64,000 bases of DNA, from NCBI GenBank assembly GCA_963813155.1, contig CAWEYG010000002.1, positions 384,001 to 448,000 of the forward strand. Direction: 5' to 3'. This DNA is from an uncultured Acidobacteriota bacterium. GTDB taxonomy: Bacteria; Acidobacteriota; Thermoanaerobaculia; UBA5066; DATFVB01. The number at the start of each line of letters is the position of its first letter. Within the stretch, counting starts at the first letter, position 1. Both the position numbers and the translations under genes were made by a program. The notes beneath the pieces are model-generated. The model ran no database searches. It was not told the origin of the DNA and worked only from the letters and a program-made list of their open reading frames with translations. Positions 19,665 to 28,611 of the stretch are shown here, piece after piece.

Positions 19665-20929
19665 AGGGCGTGGCGCGATACGGGATCTGGGCGGCGGCGC
19701 TGCTCCTCGGACTCGGCGTTCTGGCCGTCCGACTCTTCCGCGGCACGCCGTCGGACCTGACGGCCGTCGAGTGGGTGGCTCCTTCCGCCGCGGGCGACTG
19801 GATCGCCGTGACCGGCAGGTTCAGTGTTCGCTTCGGCGACCGGGCCGTCTTCTTCGAAAACCCGTCGACCGGCGGGTTCGTTCGGGCCGGGTACCGGCTC
19901 CCGACCGGAGGAAGCGCGCCCGTATTCTCGGCGGATGGAAAAACCGCGGCCTGGACGGCCCCCCGAGTCACCCTGCGGGGCGAATCGGGGTTCGTTGCGC
20001 GCGCGCGGACGCTCGATTCCGAGAGGCACGGGCGAACGGCCTGGGACGGGGCGTTCTTCCCGGAAGCCCCCCTGATCGTCTTTTCCGACGACGGCACCCG
20101 CCTCGCGTTCCTCACGGGGGAAAGCCTCTCGATCCGCGACGCCCGGACGGGACGCGTCATCATCGCCGCGCGCCCCGCGCAGCCGCTCTGGCCGTGGGGC
20201 TCCCGGGGGTTCACGACGGCGACGTTCGTCGCTCCCGATCTTCTCCGCGTTTACCGCGTCCGCTCCCCGGCGCCGGCTTCCCGGCAGGCGGAGCTCGACG
20301 TCCTCGAGCTCGACGCGACCGCGCGGCATTTGTCCCGGGTCGGACATGCGGGTCCGTTTCCCCACGTGTTCCCCCTGTTGAGCGACGCCCGCCGGGAGCG
20401 CCTGCTCGTTCGCGAGAGCGCCCGGAACGTCCTGCTGCTCGATGCCCGGAGCGGGGAAACGATTCGCGGCTTCGGGGGCGGTTTACCGACTTACCGGTCG
20501 GCGGACTTTCTTTCCGACGGCGGAATTGTCCTGCTCGAATCGGAGGCCGGACAGGAGCGACTGAACCTTCTCGATGCGGCCGGCTCTCTCGTACGCAGCG
20601 TTTCGCTCGGTCCCGGCGATCGGGCGTTCTTCGTGGGCGAGCCGCGTGGCGGCCTGCTGGACGTCGCCGTCGCGTTCGCCGCGAAGCTCCCCCGGCGCGA
20701 CGCGCGGATTCTGCGGGTCGACCGCGCCCGGGGAACCGTCGAAGCGATCGCCGATCACCTCTTTCCCGTCACGACCTATGCGCGCTGGACCGGCGGCGAC
20801 CCGGGAAGGAGCTTCGCTCCCGGAAGTCTCGCGACGCGCCTCTTCTACGGACCCCGCGGCTCGCTCGTCGAGCTCGACGCGCAGACGCACCGGCCCCGGA
20901 CGGTCCTCGGGAGCTCCCCGTCCCGCTGA
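19661..20929 (+). CDS. Membrane-anchored hypothetical protein (beta-propeller-like)
   Basis: ATGA overlap with the previous gene; N-terminal TM; FSADGKTAAW / FSDDGTRLAF repeats. Confidence 0.65.
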   Translation: MKGVARYGIWAAALLLGLGVLAVRLFRGTPSDLTAVEWVAPSAAGDWIAVTGRFSVRFGDRAVFFENPSTGGFVRAGYRLPTGGSAPVFSADGKTAAWTAPRVTLRGESGFVARARTLDSERHGRTAWDGAFFPEAPLIVFSDDGTRLAFLTGESLSIRDARTGRVIIAARPAQPLWPWGSRGFTTATFVAPDLLRVYRVRSPAPASRQAELDVLELDATARHLSRVGHAGPFPHVFPLLSDARRERLLVRESARNVLLLDARSGETIRGFGGGLPTYRSADFLSDGGIVLLESEAGQERLNLLDAAGSLVRSVSLGPGDRAFFVGEPRGGLLDVAVAFAAKLPRRDARILRVDRARGTVEAIADHLFPVTTYARWTGGDPGRSFAPGSLATRLFYGPRGSLVELDAQTHRPRTVLGSSPSR

Positions 20930-20983
20930 CCGGTCCCGAATTCTCCTTGTTTCGCCCCGCGCGCTGTGACACTCTCGCTTCTT

Positions 20984-22234
20984 ATGCCTTTTTCGACGTT
21001 TGGACTGCATCCGGACCTGCTCCGCGGGATCAAGGACCTGGGCTTCGCGCGCCCTACGCCGATTCAACAGGATGCCATGCCCCCGGCGCTGGCCGGCCGC
21101 GACGTTCTCGCGTGCGCGATGACCGGCAGCGGAAAGACCGCCGCCTTCGTCCTTCCGATCCTGCAGAGGCTGATCTCGAAATCGCGCCGCACGACACGAG
21201 CCCTCATCATCACCCCGACGCGCGAGCTCGCGGCGCAGATCGACGAGCACCTGGGCCAGCTCGCTCTTCACACCCCGCTGTCGGGCGCCGCCGTTTTCGG
21301 GGGCGTCTCCATGGGCCCCCAGGAGCACGCATTTCGCGTGGGCGTCGACGTGATCGTCGCGACGCCGGGCCGCCTGCTGGACCACTTTCGGTTTCCCTAC
21401 GCCCAGCTCCCGCACCTCGAGGTCCTCGTTCTCGACGAGGCCGACCGGATGCTCGACATGGGGTTCCTTCCCGACATTCGCCGCGTCCTGAAGCACCTTC
21501 CCCCGCGGCGCCAGACGCTCTTCTTCTCCGCTACGATGCCGGCACCGATCCTTGCCCTCGCGCGCGAAATGCTGAAGGACCCCGTGCTCGTGAACCTCGA
21601 GCGCAAATCGGCGCCCGCGACCGGCATCACGCAGGCCGTCTATCCGATCGCCCAGGAGCTCAAGGCGCCGCTCCTTCTCGAGCTGCTGCGCCGCGGCGAC
21701 CTGAAGTCGGTCCTGGCCTTCACCCGCACGAAACATCGCGCGAACCGGCTCGCCGACACGCTCGCCCGCAATCGGATTCCCTCGGAGCGGATCCACGGAA
21801 ATCGGTCGCAACCCCAGCGCACGCAGGCGCTGGCCGGGTTCAAGGCGGGAAGATTCCGCGTCCTCGTCGCAACCGACATCGCCGCGCGGGGAATCGACGT
21901 CGAAGACATTTCGCACGTCGTCAACTTCGACGTCCCGAACGTTCCGGAAGACTACATCCACCGCGTCGGCCGGACCGCGCGCGCGGAGGCCACCGGCGAC
22001 GCGTTCACGTTCGTGTCCCCCGAAGAGGAAGGCGATCTCCGCGCGATCGAGAAAGCGATCGGAAAGCGTCTTCCCCGGATTCTCGTGCCGGGGTTCGACT
22101 ACGGGAAGGCTCCGTCGGAGCGATTCGAGGTCCCCCTGGCCGAAAGAATCGCCGCGATTCGCGCCCGGAAAGCGCAGGAGCGGGCGCGGGCCCGCGAAAA
22201 GGAACAGCGCCGGAGGGGCCCCGCCCGATCCTGA
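20984..22234 (+). CDS. DEAD-box RNA helicase (RhlE-like)
   Basis: Q motif PTPIQ, TGSGKT, PTRELA, TPGRL, DEAD, SAT, ARGID, HRVGRTAR. Confidence 0.95.
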   Translation: MPFSTFGLHPDLLRGIKDLGFARPTPIQQDAMPPALAGRDVLACAMTGSGKTAAFVLPILQRLISKSRRTTRALIITPTRELAAQIDEHLGQLALHTPLSGAAVFGGVSMGPQEHAFRVGVDVIVATPGRLLDHFRFPYAQLPHLEVLVLDEADRMLDMGFLPDIRRVLKHLPPRRQTLFFSATMPAPILALAREMLKDPVLVNLERKSAPATGITQAVYPIAQELKAPLLLELLRRGDLKSVLAFTRTKHRANRLADTLARNRIPSERIHGNRSQPQRTQALAGFKAGRFRVLVATDIAARGIDVEDISHVVNFDVPNVPEDYIHRVGRTARAEATGDAFTFVSPEEEGDLRAIEKAIGKRLPRILVPGFDYGKAPSERFEVPLAERIAAIRARKAQERARAREKEQRRRGPARS

Positions 22235-22267
22235 CCCGGTATAAGATTGCCGGACTCAAAAGGATCG

Positions 22268-23281
22268 ATGGAAGACCCCGACTCGACCGCGAAGCAGCGG
22301 AGAGCCGCTGCGAAGCGCCTGCGAAAGACGGAGAGCCCGAACAGCTCTTCGCGCCGGCAGACGACGCGGTCGCAGACCGTCCCGCACGACGGACCCGAGG
22401 GACGCGCCGAGAGCCAGGGCGTCGAAGCGAACATCATTCTGATCGCGCACCCGGATCACCACAACATCGGAACGCGGTACCGCCTCGTCCCCGGCTCCTC
22501 GATCGAGATCGGGAGGAGCCCGAACCTGGAAGTCTGCCTTCCGGAAGTTCCCTCGATCTCGCGAAGTCACGCCCGCCTCGAGTACCTCAACGGCCTCGTC
22601 ATCCTCCTGGACCTCGGCAGCACGAACGGAACCTACGTCAACGACCGCCTCCTCGACGGGCCGGCGGTTCTGAAGAGCGGCGACCGTTTCCAGGTCGGCG
22701 CCGTTCACTTCAAGTTCCTTCACGAGCAGGACGTCGAGCACGCGTTTCACATGGCGATCTTCGACCTTCTGACTCGCGACGGCCTCACGGAGGCCTTCAA
22801 CAAGCGCAAGTTCGACGAGGAGCTCGGCCGGGAGTTCGCCCGCTCGCGCCGTTATTCCCGGCCGCTGTCGCTCATCTTCTTCGACGTCGACCACTTCAAG
22901 GCGGTCAACGACGAGCACGGCCACGTCGCGGGCGATTTCGTCCTGAAACAGATCTGCGAGCGCGTCTCGGAATGCGTCCGCCTGGAACAGGTGTTCGCGC
23001 GGATCGGCGGAGAGGAATTCGCGGTTCTCTGCCCCGAGACGGAGGCCTCGAGCGCCGCTCTTCTCGCCGAGAAGCTCCGGGCGAGCATTGCCGGCGAGCC
23101 CTGCCGGACCTCGAAGGGAGCGATTTCCGTGACGTGCTCGTTCGGAGTCGCGCAGCGCGAAGCCGACATGAGGAGCGGCCCGGAACTGTGCGAGGCGGCC
23201 GACCGCGCGCTCTACGCGTCGAAACGCGCGGGCCGCAACCTCGTCACCGGCGCGATGCCGAAGACGGGAGAAACGACCTAG
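22268..23281 (+). CDS. FHA-GGDEF diguanylate cyclase
   Basis: FHA: IGRS...ISRSHA...DLGSTNGTYVN. GGDEF: DVDHFKAVND, RIGGEEF, ADRALYASK. Confidence 0.92.
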   Translation: MEDPDSTAKQRRAAAKRLRKTESPNSSSRRQTTRSQTVPHDGPEGRAESQGVEANIILIAHPDHHNIGTRYRLVPGSSIEIGRSPNLEVCLPEVPSISRSHARLEYLNGLVILLDLGSTNGTYVNDRLLDGPAVLKSGDRFQVGAVHFKFLHEQDVEHAFHMAIFDLLTRDGLTEAFNKRKFDEELGREFARSRRYSRPLSLIFFDVDHFKAVNDEHGHVAGDFVLKQICERVSECVRLEQVFARIGGEEFAVLCPETEASSAALLAEKLRASIAGEPCRTSKGAISVTCSFGVAQREADMRSGPELCEAADRALYASKRAGRNLVTGAMPKTGETT

Positions 23282-24303
23282 GCCGTCCTCGCCCGGGCGA
23301 GCTCGACGATTTCTCCGATCATCTGCGTGTACGAGCGCCCGGACTCCCGCGCGGCCATCGCGAATTCGGCGTTCGCGGCGAGCCAGGGGTTCGGATTGGC
23401 CTCGATGACGAAGACCTCTCCGTCTTTTCGCAGGCGCATGTCGACCCGGCCGTAGTCGCGCAGCTCCAGCGCCTCGTACGCCGCGAGCGCCGTCTCCTGC
23501 AGCCGCAGAATCGTGTCCTCGTCGAGGTCGACCGCGATCGACGCCTTCGTCTTCTTGTAGGCCTCGGTCTCCGTCTCCCACTTCACCTCGGTGCCCGCGA
23601 TCCTGGGCATGCCTTCCGGAAGCTGCGACAGATCGAGCTCGACGGGAGGCAGCGCCGCCGGCTTGCCGTTTCCCAGGATCCCGACGTAGAGCTCGCGCCC
23701 CTCGATGTATTCCTCGATCAGCGCCGGGGTGTCGAACCGTTCCTGGATGTATTCGATGCGCGCCATCAGCTCCTTGACCGTCGAGACGACCGACCCGCAG
23801 TCGATGCCGATCGAACCGTCTTCCGAGGTCGGCTTGACGATGAGCGGAAAGCCGATGTCGTGCGCGTGGGGAAGCTTCCCCTTGTAGGAGAGGGCGAACA
23901 CGGGAGTCTTGATTCCGTGGAACTGGAAGATCTTCTTCGCGAGCGCCTTGTCCTGCGCGAGATACAGGGCGTGCGGGCCGGCGCCCGTGTACGCCCGGCC
24001 GAGCAAATCGAGAAACGCCGCGATGTTCATGTCGCACGTGTCGTCGCCCGCGTACGACTCGGTGAGGTTGAACGTGAGGTCCGCGCCGTTGCGCACGACC
24101 GAAACGAGCGTCGCGTCGGTGCCGTCGAGAACCTGGTAGAACGGGTCGTGCCCGAGCTTTCCGAGGGCGTCGAAAACCTGCTCGCGATCGAGCTTCGGGT
24201 GCCGGCGCCGCGGGCGCGGCTTCCCCTTTCGCGGCTTGGCCGGCGGCTCCTCGGGCGGGGGAGCCTCCTCTTCCCAGACGTCGTAGAGCACGGAAACCTT
24301 CAT
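23278..24303 (-). CDS. D-Ala-D-Ala ligase-like ATP-grasp protein
   Basis: YTGAGP, AQDKALAKK, IVKPTSEDGSIGI, EEYIEGRE, YGRVDMR, IEANPNP. Confidence 0.88.
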   Translation of the reverse strand: MKVSVLYDVWEEEAPPPEEPPAKPRKGKPRPRRRHPKLDREQVFDALGKLGHDPFYQVLDGTDATLVSVVRNGADLTFNLTESYAGDDTCDMNIAAFLDLLGRAYTGAGPHALYLAQDKALAKKIFQFHGIKTPVFALSYKGKLPHAHDIGFPLIVKPTSEDGSIGIDCGSVVSTVKELMARIEYIQERFDTPALIEEYIEGRELYVGILGNGKPAALPPVELDLSQLPEGMPRIAGTEVKWETETEAYKKTKASIAVDLDEDTILRLQETALAAYEALELRDYGRVDMRLRKDGEVFVIEANPNPWLAANAEFAMAARESGRSYTQMIGEIVELARARTA

Positions 24304-25349
24304 GGGTTAACGAATTTTCCCCGGGTCAGGTAGTTCATGGCAAGCGTCGTCGCGTAGGCGGTGATCTCGACGAGGAATCGCGGCTCGCGGTTTCGCGGCG
24401 CGCGGAGATGAAGTTCCCCGACGCGGCGCTCGATCGACTCCACGAGGTCCTTCACGAGAGGGCGGCGCACACCCGTCCAGTAGGCGACTTTGTCCACGAT
24501 CTCTTTGCGGTTCTCGGACAGCAACTGGGCGGCGGGACGGGCCCCGCGCGTCGAGCTCGCCCGCGGCCGGGAGAAGATGTCGCGCAGGTCGGTATCGAGC
24601 GGCAGGTCCGCCGCGACGGCCGCGACGCCGGGGTCGGCCTTCTGCCGGTAAAAATCCTCGATCGTGGTCTCCATCTCTTCGACCGTCAGGTCCGTCGACC
24701 CGACCGCCCGAACGGGATCGCGATCCCGCAGCGCGCGCGCCGTTTTCTCGACGTAGCGGAGCTTGTGAATCGCGTCCCATCCGGCGTATTTCTTTCTCCA
24801 TCCGGATCGCGGCGTGAGCCAGACGGCGAACGTCTCGGCAAAATCCTCGTCCGGGTGCTTCTGAGCGTACCAGCCGGCAATGTGCCGCACAAATCTTCGG
24901 GAGAACGGAACCGGGCGATAGTCTTCGCGGTAGGGCCGGCGAAAAGGCCCGAAAAGATTCCGCCATTCCTCCGTCTTGTACAACTCGTACGCGTAGTTGA
25001 ATGCGTGGCCGGCCTCGTGGCGAAGGTACATCAGGATCTCGCGCTCGGTTTCGAGGTCGTTCATCGCCTTTTCCAGAGCGGCGAGCTTCGGGTCCGCGAG
25101 GTAAAAAGGAATTCCGATGATCGGCTCGCCGGAGGGGCATCCCCATTCGTCGGTGAGATAGCAGGAGGGCCGGAAGTGCCGAAGCCCCTTCGCCTCGAGC
25201 TCCCGGTAGAGGCGGAGGACGTACTTCTCGACGCCCGATCCCTCCAGCTTCAGCCCGAGATCCTTGATCGGCCTTTGAAGCAGCGCCCGGACTTCCGGCG
25301 AAGCCTTTTCGAACGCCGTCAGTGCGGCGCCGGTTTCACCCGTCGACAC
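24300..25349 (-). CDS. Putative zinc-binding metallopeptidase (Peptidase_Mx-like)
   Basis: LRHEAGHA, WYAQKHPDEDFAETFAVWL; stop overlaps the ATP-grasp start. Confidence 0.85.
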   Translation of the reverse strand: MSTGETGAALTAFEKASPEVRALLQRPIKDLGLKLEGSGVEKYVLRLYRELEAKGLRHFRPSCYLTDEWGCPSGEPIIGIPFYLADPKLAALEKAMNDLETEREILMYLRHEAGHAFNYAYELYKTEEWRNLFGPFRRPYREDYRPVPFSRRFVRHIAGWYAQKHPDEDFAETFAVWLTPRSGWRKKYAGWDAIHKLRYVEKTARALRDRDPVRAVGSTDLTVEEMETTIEDFYRQKADPGVAAVAADLPLDTDLRDIFSRPRASSTRGARPAAQLLSENRKEIVDKVAYWTGVRRPLVKDLVESIERRVGELHLRAPRNREPRFLVEITAYATTLAMNYLTRGKFVNP

Positions 25350-25992
25350 GGCGCGCGCGCACGACGAACCGCTTCGGAGCGTTCCCGACGTAATAGAACG
25401 GATAGCACGTGACGAGCGTGAGGGAGGCCGATCCCGCCGGCGCGAGGACGCCCACGTCGTCGGGACGAACGATCTGGATGGAGTCCACGACGTAATGATA
25501 CGTCTCCCGGGGCGTCGCGACCTCGAGCCGGTCGCCGTCCCGGATCTTCCGCAGAGGTCGCAGGAACGTGTCCCGGTGGCCGGCGAGGGCCGAGTTGCCG
25601 TTTTGCCACGGAAACGGAGTGCCCGGAACATGCCCGATCCCGAGCCGCAGCGCGCGGGAGTCGTCCCCCTCGAGAACGATCACGGAGAGGCCGATTCGGG
25701 GAGCGGCCAGACGCCCGAGCAGGCTCCCCGGCGCGGGAACGGGTTCGCGCGGTTCGAGCGCTCCGGCCGGCTGTGCCGCGTTCTTCCCGGCAACGTCGAC
25801 GGCCTGAGGAAGCGCTGCGGAGCCGCGGCTGCGCTCCGCCGAACGGCTCTCCCGCATCCGGTCGAGCGAGCGCCCCGCGAAGATCTGATAAATGCGCGAT
25901 TCCGCGAGCGTTGCGGCGCACCAGCCCAGCAGGAGCGCGCCGCTCCACCAGAGCAGCATTTCCGTCCAACGAAGAATGCGCGCGCGAGCCAT
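25336..25992 (-). CDS. Class D sortase
   Basis: N-terminal TM; GNSALAGHRDTF, LTLVTCYPF, PKRF (His-Cys-Arg triad). Confidence 0.92.
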   Translation of the reverse strand: MARARILRWTEMLLWWSGALLLGWCAATLAESRIYQIFAGRSLDRMRESRSAERSRGSAALPQAVDVAGKNAAQPAGALEPREPVPAPGSLLGRLAAPRIGLSVIVLEGDDSRALRLGIGHVPGTPFPWQNGNSALAGHRDTFLRPLRKIRDGDRLEVATPRETYHYVVDSIQIVRPDDVGVLAPAGSASLTLVTCYPFYYVGNAPKRFVVRARRVDG

Positions 25993-26063
25993 GAGAGAAA
26001 TTTATACGACTCCCGGTGAGGAAGGGAGCAATCGATGTGCCATCCGCCCGATATACTCGCTCC

Positions 26064-26981
26064 GTGGCGCGAAGAGTCGTGTGGCGATCATTGGTCTTCG
26101 GGACACTTCTCACGGCGACCGCGTGCTCCCCCCGGGTGGACCCCGGCTACAGGCGCGAGATCGAAACGTGGAGGCAGCGGCGGGCGGAACGGCTCAGGCG
26201 CGACGACGGCTGGCTCACCCTGGCCGGACTCTTCTGGCTCGACCCGGGGACAAATCCCTTCGGGTCCGGGCCCGAGGCGAAGATTTCCCTCCGCGGGCCG
26301 GGCGTTCCTCCGGTCGCCGGCGCGATCGTGCTCGAAAAAGGACGCACGCGCCTCGATCCCGCGGCCGGCTCGGCCCTGACCGCCGACGGCCGGCCCGCGA
26401 CCGCGACCGATCTCGTGTCGGACGAAAACGGGAACCCGACCGTTCTGCGGATCGGCACGTTCTCCTTTTTCGTGATTCGTCGCGGAGAGAAAATGGGAGT
26501 TCGCGTTCGCGACACCGAGAGCCCTGCCCGGAAGAATTTCAAGGGGCTGAAATACTTTCCGATCGACCCGACCTGGAGAGTCGCGGCGCGATTCGAGCCG
26601 TACACGCCGCCGAAACACATCGCGGTGCCGACCGTCCTCGGCTTTCCGGAAGACGACGTGTCGCCGGGAGCGCTCGCTTTCGAGCACGGCGGAACGACCT
26701 ATCGCCTCGATCCGGTTTTCGAACAGGGCTCCGAGGAGCTGTTCCTCATCTTTGGCGATCGAACCAATGGAAAGGAAACGTACGGAGCCGGCCGCTTCGT
26801 GTACGCGCCGATGCCGAAAGACGGAAAGACGGTGATCGACTTCAACAAGGCTTATAGCCCCCCGTGCATCTTCACGCCGTACGCGACGTGCCCGTTCCCT
26901 CCCCCGCAGAATCGCCTGGCAATCGAGGTCCGCGCCGGCGAGAAGACGTATTCCGGCGCCCACCACCAACCCCTCGAGTGA
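26064..26981 (+). CDS. DUF1684 family protein (probable lipoprotein)
   Basis: GWLTLAGLFWL, FGDRTNGKETYGAGRF, DFNKAYSPPCIFTPYATCPFPPPQN; start codon uncertain. Confidence 0.88.
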   Translation: MARRVVWRSLVFGTLLTATACSPRVDPGYRREIETWRQRRAERLRRDDGWLTLAGLFWLDPGTNPFGSGPEAKISLRGPGVPPVAGAIVLEKGRTRLDPAAGSALTADGRPATATDLVSDENGNPTVLRIGTFSFFVIRRGEKMGVRVRDTESPARKNFKGLKYFPIDPTWRVAARFEPYTPPKHIAVPTVLGFPEDDVSPGALAFEHGGTTYRLDPVFEQGSEELFLIFGDRTNGKETYGAGRFVYAPMPKDGKTVIDFNKAYSPPCIFTPYATCPFPPPQNRLAIEVRAGEKTYSGAHHQPLE

Positions 26982-27054
26982 CAGTGAGTTCGAATTAAGT
27001 CATTTCGATCGAATAATATTCGCCACATCGATTGTTTATCTCCCGTTTATTCTC

Positions 27055-27084
27055 TTGACAACGTCCGGGAGCATTCGGCATCAT
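27055..27084 (+). promoter_or_regulatory. Putative sigma70 promoter
   Basis: Perfect TTGACA with a weak -10 (CATCAT) 18 bp downstream, in an AT-rich intergenic region. Confidence 0.4.
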
Positions 27085-27149
27085 TCCTCCACCAAATCAG
27101 GGAGATTGATCAAATCACGGTATTCGCTCAATTAAAGTAAGGGTTGAGG

Positions 27150-27198
27150 TCTTCTGCCGCCTTCCGAAAACCCTTTGTTTTCGTAAGGCGGGAGGAGA
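27150..27198 (+). promoter_or_regulatory. 5'UTR hairpin occluding the Shine-Dalgarno
   Basis: TCTTCT-G-CCGCCTT-C-CGAAAAC/CCTTT/GTTTTCG-T-AAGGCGG-G-AGGAGA; the 3' arm contains the AGGAG SD, 7 nt before ATG 27206. Confidence 0.55.
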
Positions 27199-27205
27199 TT
27201 AAGAC

Positions 27206-28528
27206 ATGACAAACCTCGGGATGAAGTTTCGAGCCGCGTGCCGGTTGTCCGCTCTCGCGGCGACGGCGCTTTTGGCCGCAGCGACGGCGTCGGCGACCGT
27301 GGCAACCGTGACGTTCACAAGCCAGTCGGGCACGGAGCTGTTCACCGATCTGCCGACTCTGAACTCGGATTACATCACGGTGCAGGTCCAGACCGACGCG
27401 TCGATCCCCGACGCCTGGGTCAAGCTCACCGCCAGCGGCAACATCACGAACGTCGGCTCGGGAATTCACCAGGTGAAATACGTTCCAGGTCCGAACACTC
27501 CCGGCTCGTATGCCGGGCCGGTCACAAGCTCGGGGCTCACGGCGGGAGTGCCGAAGACGCTCTTTTTCCTCGTCAAGGCGGCGGCGCTCAGCAATACACC
27601 TCAGAACCTCACGTTCACGCTTTACAACGGCGACCCGTCCGGCTCCGGCGTGCAACAGGGTTCTTCGGGCACGCTCCCGTTCATCGTCGAGCGGTCGATC
27701 AAGGCGAACGTCGAACAAACCGAACGTCGTCGTCACGGTCCCCACAAACCCCACGCCGGGACAACTCGGCCAGATCACGTTCACGGGCTCCACCGGCACA
27801 GTCGGGAACAATAATCGCCTCTACTTCACGCCGGCTTCCGAGTCCAGCTGGCTGCCCGATGAGTTCGAAATCATCGACAGCGACATCAACATCCCGGGCT
27901 ACGCGAACAACGATTACCAGGACGAGCTCAAGATCCCGCCCGCCAACGTCCTCGAGCTCGGACCATTCCTACACGGCCGTTTATAATTTCATCATCAACG
28001 GCGCTGGGGCAGCCGTGGCGAGCTCCGAGTCAACTACATCGACAGCGGGCAAGACGTGAAGTACACGCGCCCAACTCGGGCAGCTTCTCGGTCGTCATTC
28101 CCTTGACGTGCGAAGCGCCGAACAACGTCACCGTGACGCCGAATCCCACGTCCATTCCGACAGTGACGCTCGGCAGCTCGACCGCCATTCAGACGGTCAC
28201 GTTCACGGCCTCGCAGACGGGCGGAGCGGCGTTTACGATCACGGAGTCGGGCGCTCTCCCGACCGGGGTGAATTTCCTCCAGACGAGCCCGACGACGGCC
28301 ACTATCAGCGGGACTCCGACGACGAGCGGAACGTTCAGCATCGCGGTCCTTGCGGCCAACACGGACGTGACGAACCCGGCGGGTTGCCAGGGTTCGGTGA
28401 ACTTCAGCTTCACGGTCGATCCGGAGGTCTCCAACCTCGTTCAGGTGCCGACGCTCGGCAACACCGCGCTCGGTCTGATGGCGCTCGCCCTCGCAGGCGC
28501 GGCGTTTCTGCTGATCCGGAGGTTCTGA
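27206..28528 (+). CDS. Secreted Ig-like (He_PIG-type) protein with IPTL-CTERM sorting signal; several frameshifts
   Basis: Signal peptide; Thr/Ser-rich beta domains; GALPTGV...ISGTPTTSGTF; C-terminus VPTLGNTALGLMALALAGAAFLLIRRF. Confidence 0.8.
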
Positions 28529-28559
28529 CCCGGCGCTCCGCGGATCTCTCGCGATCTCC

Positions 28560-28590
28560 AGCCCGGGGCCGAAAGGTCCCGGGCTTTTTT
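28560..28590 (+). terminator. Rho-independent terminator
   Basis: AGCCCGGGGCC-GAAA-GGTCCCGGGCT followed by a T tract, between convergent genes. Confidence 0.85.
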
Positions 28591-28611
28591 GTGCGCGGCC
28601 CGACCAGCAGG

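Noticed and set aside
19771-24333. Very long ORFs (1520 aa here; also 46407..49895 and 37539..40142)
   Set aside because: Arg/Pro/Gly-rich shadow frames overlapping well-supported genes, as expected at high GC.
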